This document shows, in pieces, positions 33,801 to 35,391 of a DNA stretch of 35,391 bases; positions within the stretch are counted from its first letter, which is position 1, and every line of letters starts with the position of its first letter. The stretch lies in contig JAUCBJ010007918.1 in NCBI GenBank assembly GCA_032718475.1, positions 1 through 35,391 on the forward strand, given 5' to 3'. A program made the translations under genes and the position numbers. Under the pieces are notes generated by a model, which saw nothing but the letters and a program-made list of their open reading frames with translations, was not told the DNA's origin and searched no databases. This stretch comes from Nemertoderma westbladi. Lineage: Eukaryota > Animalia > Xenacoelomorpha.

Positions 33801-35391
33801 CCTCATTTATAAGTTCGCCGCCTCTCTGCCTTTGTAAGTTACACATTTTATACTCCCAATGACAAACACTGATATATCTGTATCCTACAATCCGTCTCTG
33901 AATTACAGCAAATGCAAAGCAAATTAGATCCATACAAATGTAGCCAATTTCCGATGGTAGTTCCACTTTGCAATGGTCCCACTTTGATTTTAGGTCTATA
34001 TTGTAATCATGTCGAATGCAGTCTACATTAATGATATTAATTAATAGACAATTGTCATCGCCATATATTTTTTCATGTTCAACACATGAAATGTATTGAA
34101 AGCAACATTTGATGAAAATGACACCAATTATATAGTTAACCAAAATGTTCCATTGTCGAATTAATGCTGCTTTACTGTGTATAATTGCGTGATGGCCACT
34201 CCATAATAAGTAGAGAGACAATATGACATAACCAAGGCCAGTAATTGATACTGAATCTATACCTGTCCAACACACGATCGCCAATGTCACTACATGGAAA
34301 TAATTATAAATAATTTGCACTAGGATTTGAAAATATGTTCCATGGTGTTTAATAAAATCTCTCCCCTCTTTCAGTTCGGGTACAGAAAGATGGTATTTAA
34401 TTTCTGGCGCAGCTGGATCACGAATTTGAAGTTGCCATGACAAGGATAAAAGAATAAGAAAATCTGTTACAAACAGCTGTGGAAGGTATCCATTTTCAAT
34501 GTTTCCATTAACAGGCAAGCTCAACCAACGAACAAAATTCTTAGATACATCCTTATGCCAGGGATACTTTTTGCATGGAATTAGCAGTTGCATAAAATAC
34601 AATATCAATACCAAAATCAGATCCACTAGAAAATATGCCCTCCAAATAATCCTGGACAACCTCTTATGTCGGCACTTCAATAGCAACACTATGAACAACC
34701 ATATGCATTGACAAATAGCCACAGCATCCATTCGCATGCAGATGTTAGCTGCAATACAAATTGCCGTAATCTCAATTGCTACGTATTTGTAAATCATGTT
34801 TGATAAATCTTTAATAAATTTCAATGTGTTTTCATTAATCTGATGTAAATCACTGTGCCGATTGGTTATTGAGTGGTTGCAGTAGTTTATTATAGAGTAA
34901 AGAATGGTTACAGCAATTACAGCTAACTGTCCCTTAAGATAAGCAATTAATTGCTCATCATTTTCATGTAATTTGCGTAGTCCGACCCATCTTTGAGTAG
35001 CGTGTGCATAGTCATAATCACCAATATGTGTTGTCTTATATGGTGGGGTTTGGTTGGTGCATTGAAATACTTTATGGAATACTTGTTCATCAAACCATTC
35101 TTGAATAGTAGAGACTTGGTAAACCATTCTTAGTAATGTAGAAATACTACAATAAATATTCATAACAAGAAATAACATACTTCTTATGCCTCGGCACAAG
35201 GGCAATATGCATATTATAATGATAAGAAACAGGATGCTATTCATTACACATATGTCATATACACACACAACTAGAACAACAACAATTACAATAGTGTCGA
35301 TGTAATTTCTAGTCAAATCCCAAGCTATTTTAATAATTTTCTGAATTGAGTCACTTATTTCAATAAATATTCTTGTTAATGCTGGATTAAA
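30838..35391 (-). CDS. PIEZO: Piezo-family mechanosensitive cation channel, 5'-partial (frame open to the window edge, at least 1517 codons)
   Basis: Many TM repeats; YVFMFLSDL, DRALYL, LSAYQLRSGYP, PFLAEMRYIMDWMWTDTALSL, IWFPF, LYISVV, IMYEDIP, LVRE, LEEDLYAQLIYIYRSP. 35317-35391 also has no stop in frame (FNPALTRIFIEISDSIQKIIKIAWD), so the TTG at 35316 is unlikely to be the real start. Confidence 0.96.
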   Translation of the reverse strand, partial: FNPALTRIFIEISDSIQKIIKIAWDLTRNYIDTIVIVVVLVVCVYDICVMNSILFLIIIICILPLCRGIRSMLFLVMNIYCSISTLLRMVYQVSTIQEWFDEQVFHKVFQCTNQTPPYKTTHIGDYDYAHATQRWVGLRKLHENDEQLIAYLKGQLAVIAVTILYSIINYCNHSITNRHSDLHQINENTLKFIKDLSNMIYKYVAIEITAICIAANICMRMDAVAICQCIWLFIVLLLKCRHKRLSRIIWRAYFLVDLILVLILYFMQLLIPCKKYPWHKDVSKNFVRWLSLPVNGNIENGYLPQLFVTDFLILLSLSWQLQIRDPAAPEIKYHLSVPELKEGRDFIKHHGTYFQILVQIIYNYFHVVTLAIVCWTGIDSVSITGLGYVILSLYLLWSGHHAIIHSKAALIRQWNILVNYIIGVIFIKCCFQYISCVEHEKIYGDDNCLLINIINVDCIRHDYNIDLKSKWDHCKVELPSEIGYICMDLICFAFAVIQRRIVGYRYISVCHWEYKMCNLQRQRGGELINEASREEIRLRRHEEQSIVEELKKAVVSIKYRHKQSILKHYKEPQVHVQAIYRGEYFDYSDEVMEDLTGHNADISGIFKRSRHTTASYQRQSLHQKKYDCEVGSPENISEVNNHHTSSSKNSDNNKPVLSHSLDSFETESKDKDMQTLLIKKHQKDDDLSIAYDFIPGYWRLMIFIDELIDLLDNTTADFRTTSRILIYERRQMWEKMEKGESFESVQDWYNQRVIYAPIYRKKRTTLPSIIENMGEDFMDSNHPRLLRILYGLYHCAVKYSNIIVYCIVMLNQTFYPSILSMVLQLAALLWGMLCIPRPGKYFWIFMAVYATLVIIIKYILRIGYHSNLSSSADSFFIILLGDDRSVHSYDIAVLFSIIFHIFVLEIYGLWTDGNNVLTECTTIRQLPTDKSIVSKESYDSGMPIEPTMKGIRATQSIKPQTLMGDITNFCKQLTNTDMKPQNDVYMFMFLSDLVAFLIFVFSFSSFFGQGTNMGNEDVTSIFRDTKVSTTWLCLGMLQFALLLMDRALYLNKFIKGKFLLQIIMVFTIHGWLFLWVPASTKKKITENRAAQFWYLFKYIYFALSAYQLRSGYPTLILNNFLTNSFSMVRYCLFKTFLVIPFLAEMRYIMDWMWTDTALSLDRWVKVECIFNIAYLAKCYRGYELTFPYARGQKKSMAWKLVLGVMFILFLNIMIWFPFILYALGDILKVSNKPIGASAAVFFTHGSDGYDVIWQRRMTDPIICSQEEKSKILNGQGLTQERIDKLNNLDMYKLRFEESSATVWAITSPARQNLLNKTENYRIHLELTVFLSNTTKYHKDSVTKRFNQIISSEVIGDLLKGKSNNETRVVPILTHFSIQSEDAELDPINTITLQLKEDNSAAYWIISQKKNKGIELYVTLDFSVVPGLSYLQMSIAALYISVVFVISKLLRQFLVEGSTQMIMYEDIPNPEPILQLCHNIHLVREVGELTLEEDLYAQLIYIYRSPKTLIQLTKLKCL

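Noticed and set aside
35314-35316. Piezo start codon at 35316
   Set aside because: It is a TTG, the frame stays open to the window edge, and the N-terminal blade repeats are missing.

Overview
AT-rich eukaryotic (animal, invertebrate-like) genomic DNA dominated by decayed, nested transposable elements, with two intact host genes that each lie in one uninterrupted ORF. These are an RSBN1/KDM9/DPY-21-family JmjC-like demethylase (17449-18909, +) and a divergent Piezo mechanosensitive channel (30838 to beyond the window end, -). TE content: a near full-length RTE LINE (3385-10934, -) split by a non-autonomous Gypsy LTR element (3509-8216, -; TATA TSD; SCAN-like Gag; protease, RT and RNase H deleted); a second RTE family in four pieces, one interrupted by an L2/Crack-type LINE tail; a hAT transposase remnant; two nested hAT-type MITEs; a piggyBac-type MITE; several minisatellites; and a decayed Penelope-type hammerhead motif. 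A ~2.3 kb inverted repeat pair (12742-15058 / 24973-27338) brackets RSBN1, and its right copy sits at the junction of a ~1.4 kb LINE duplication. I found no convincing wholly new system. The best leads are the intronless divergent Piezo, the duplication-with-insert architecture and the strong excess of short palindromes. All family assignments come from motif recognition by eye, not database searches.
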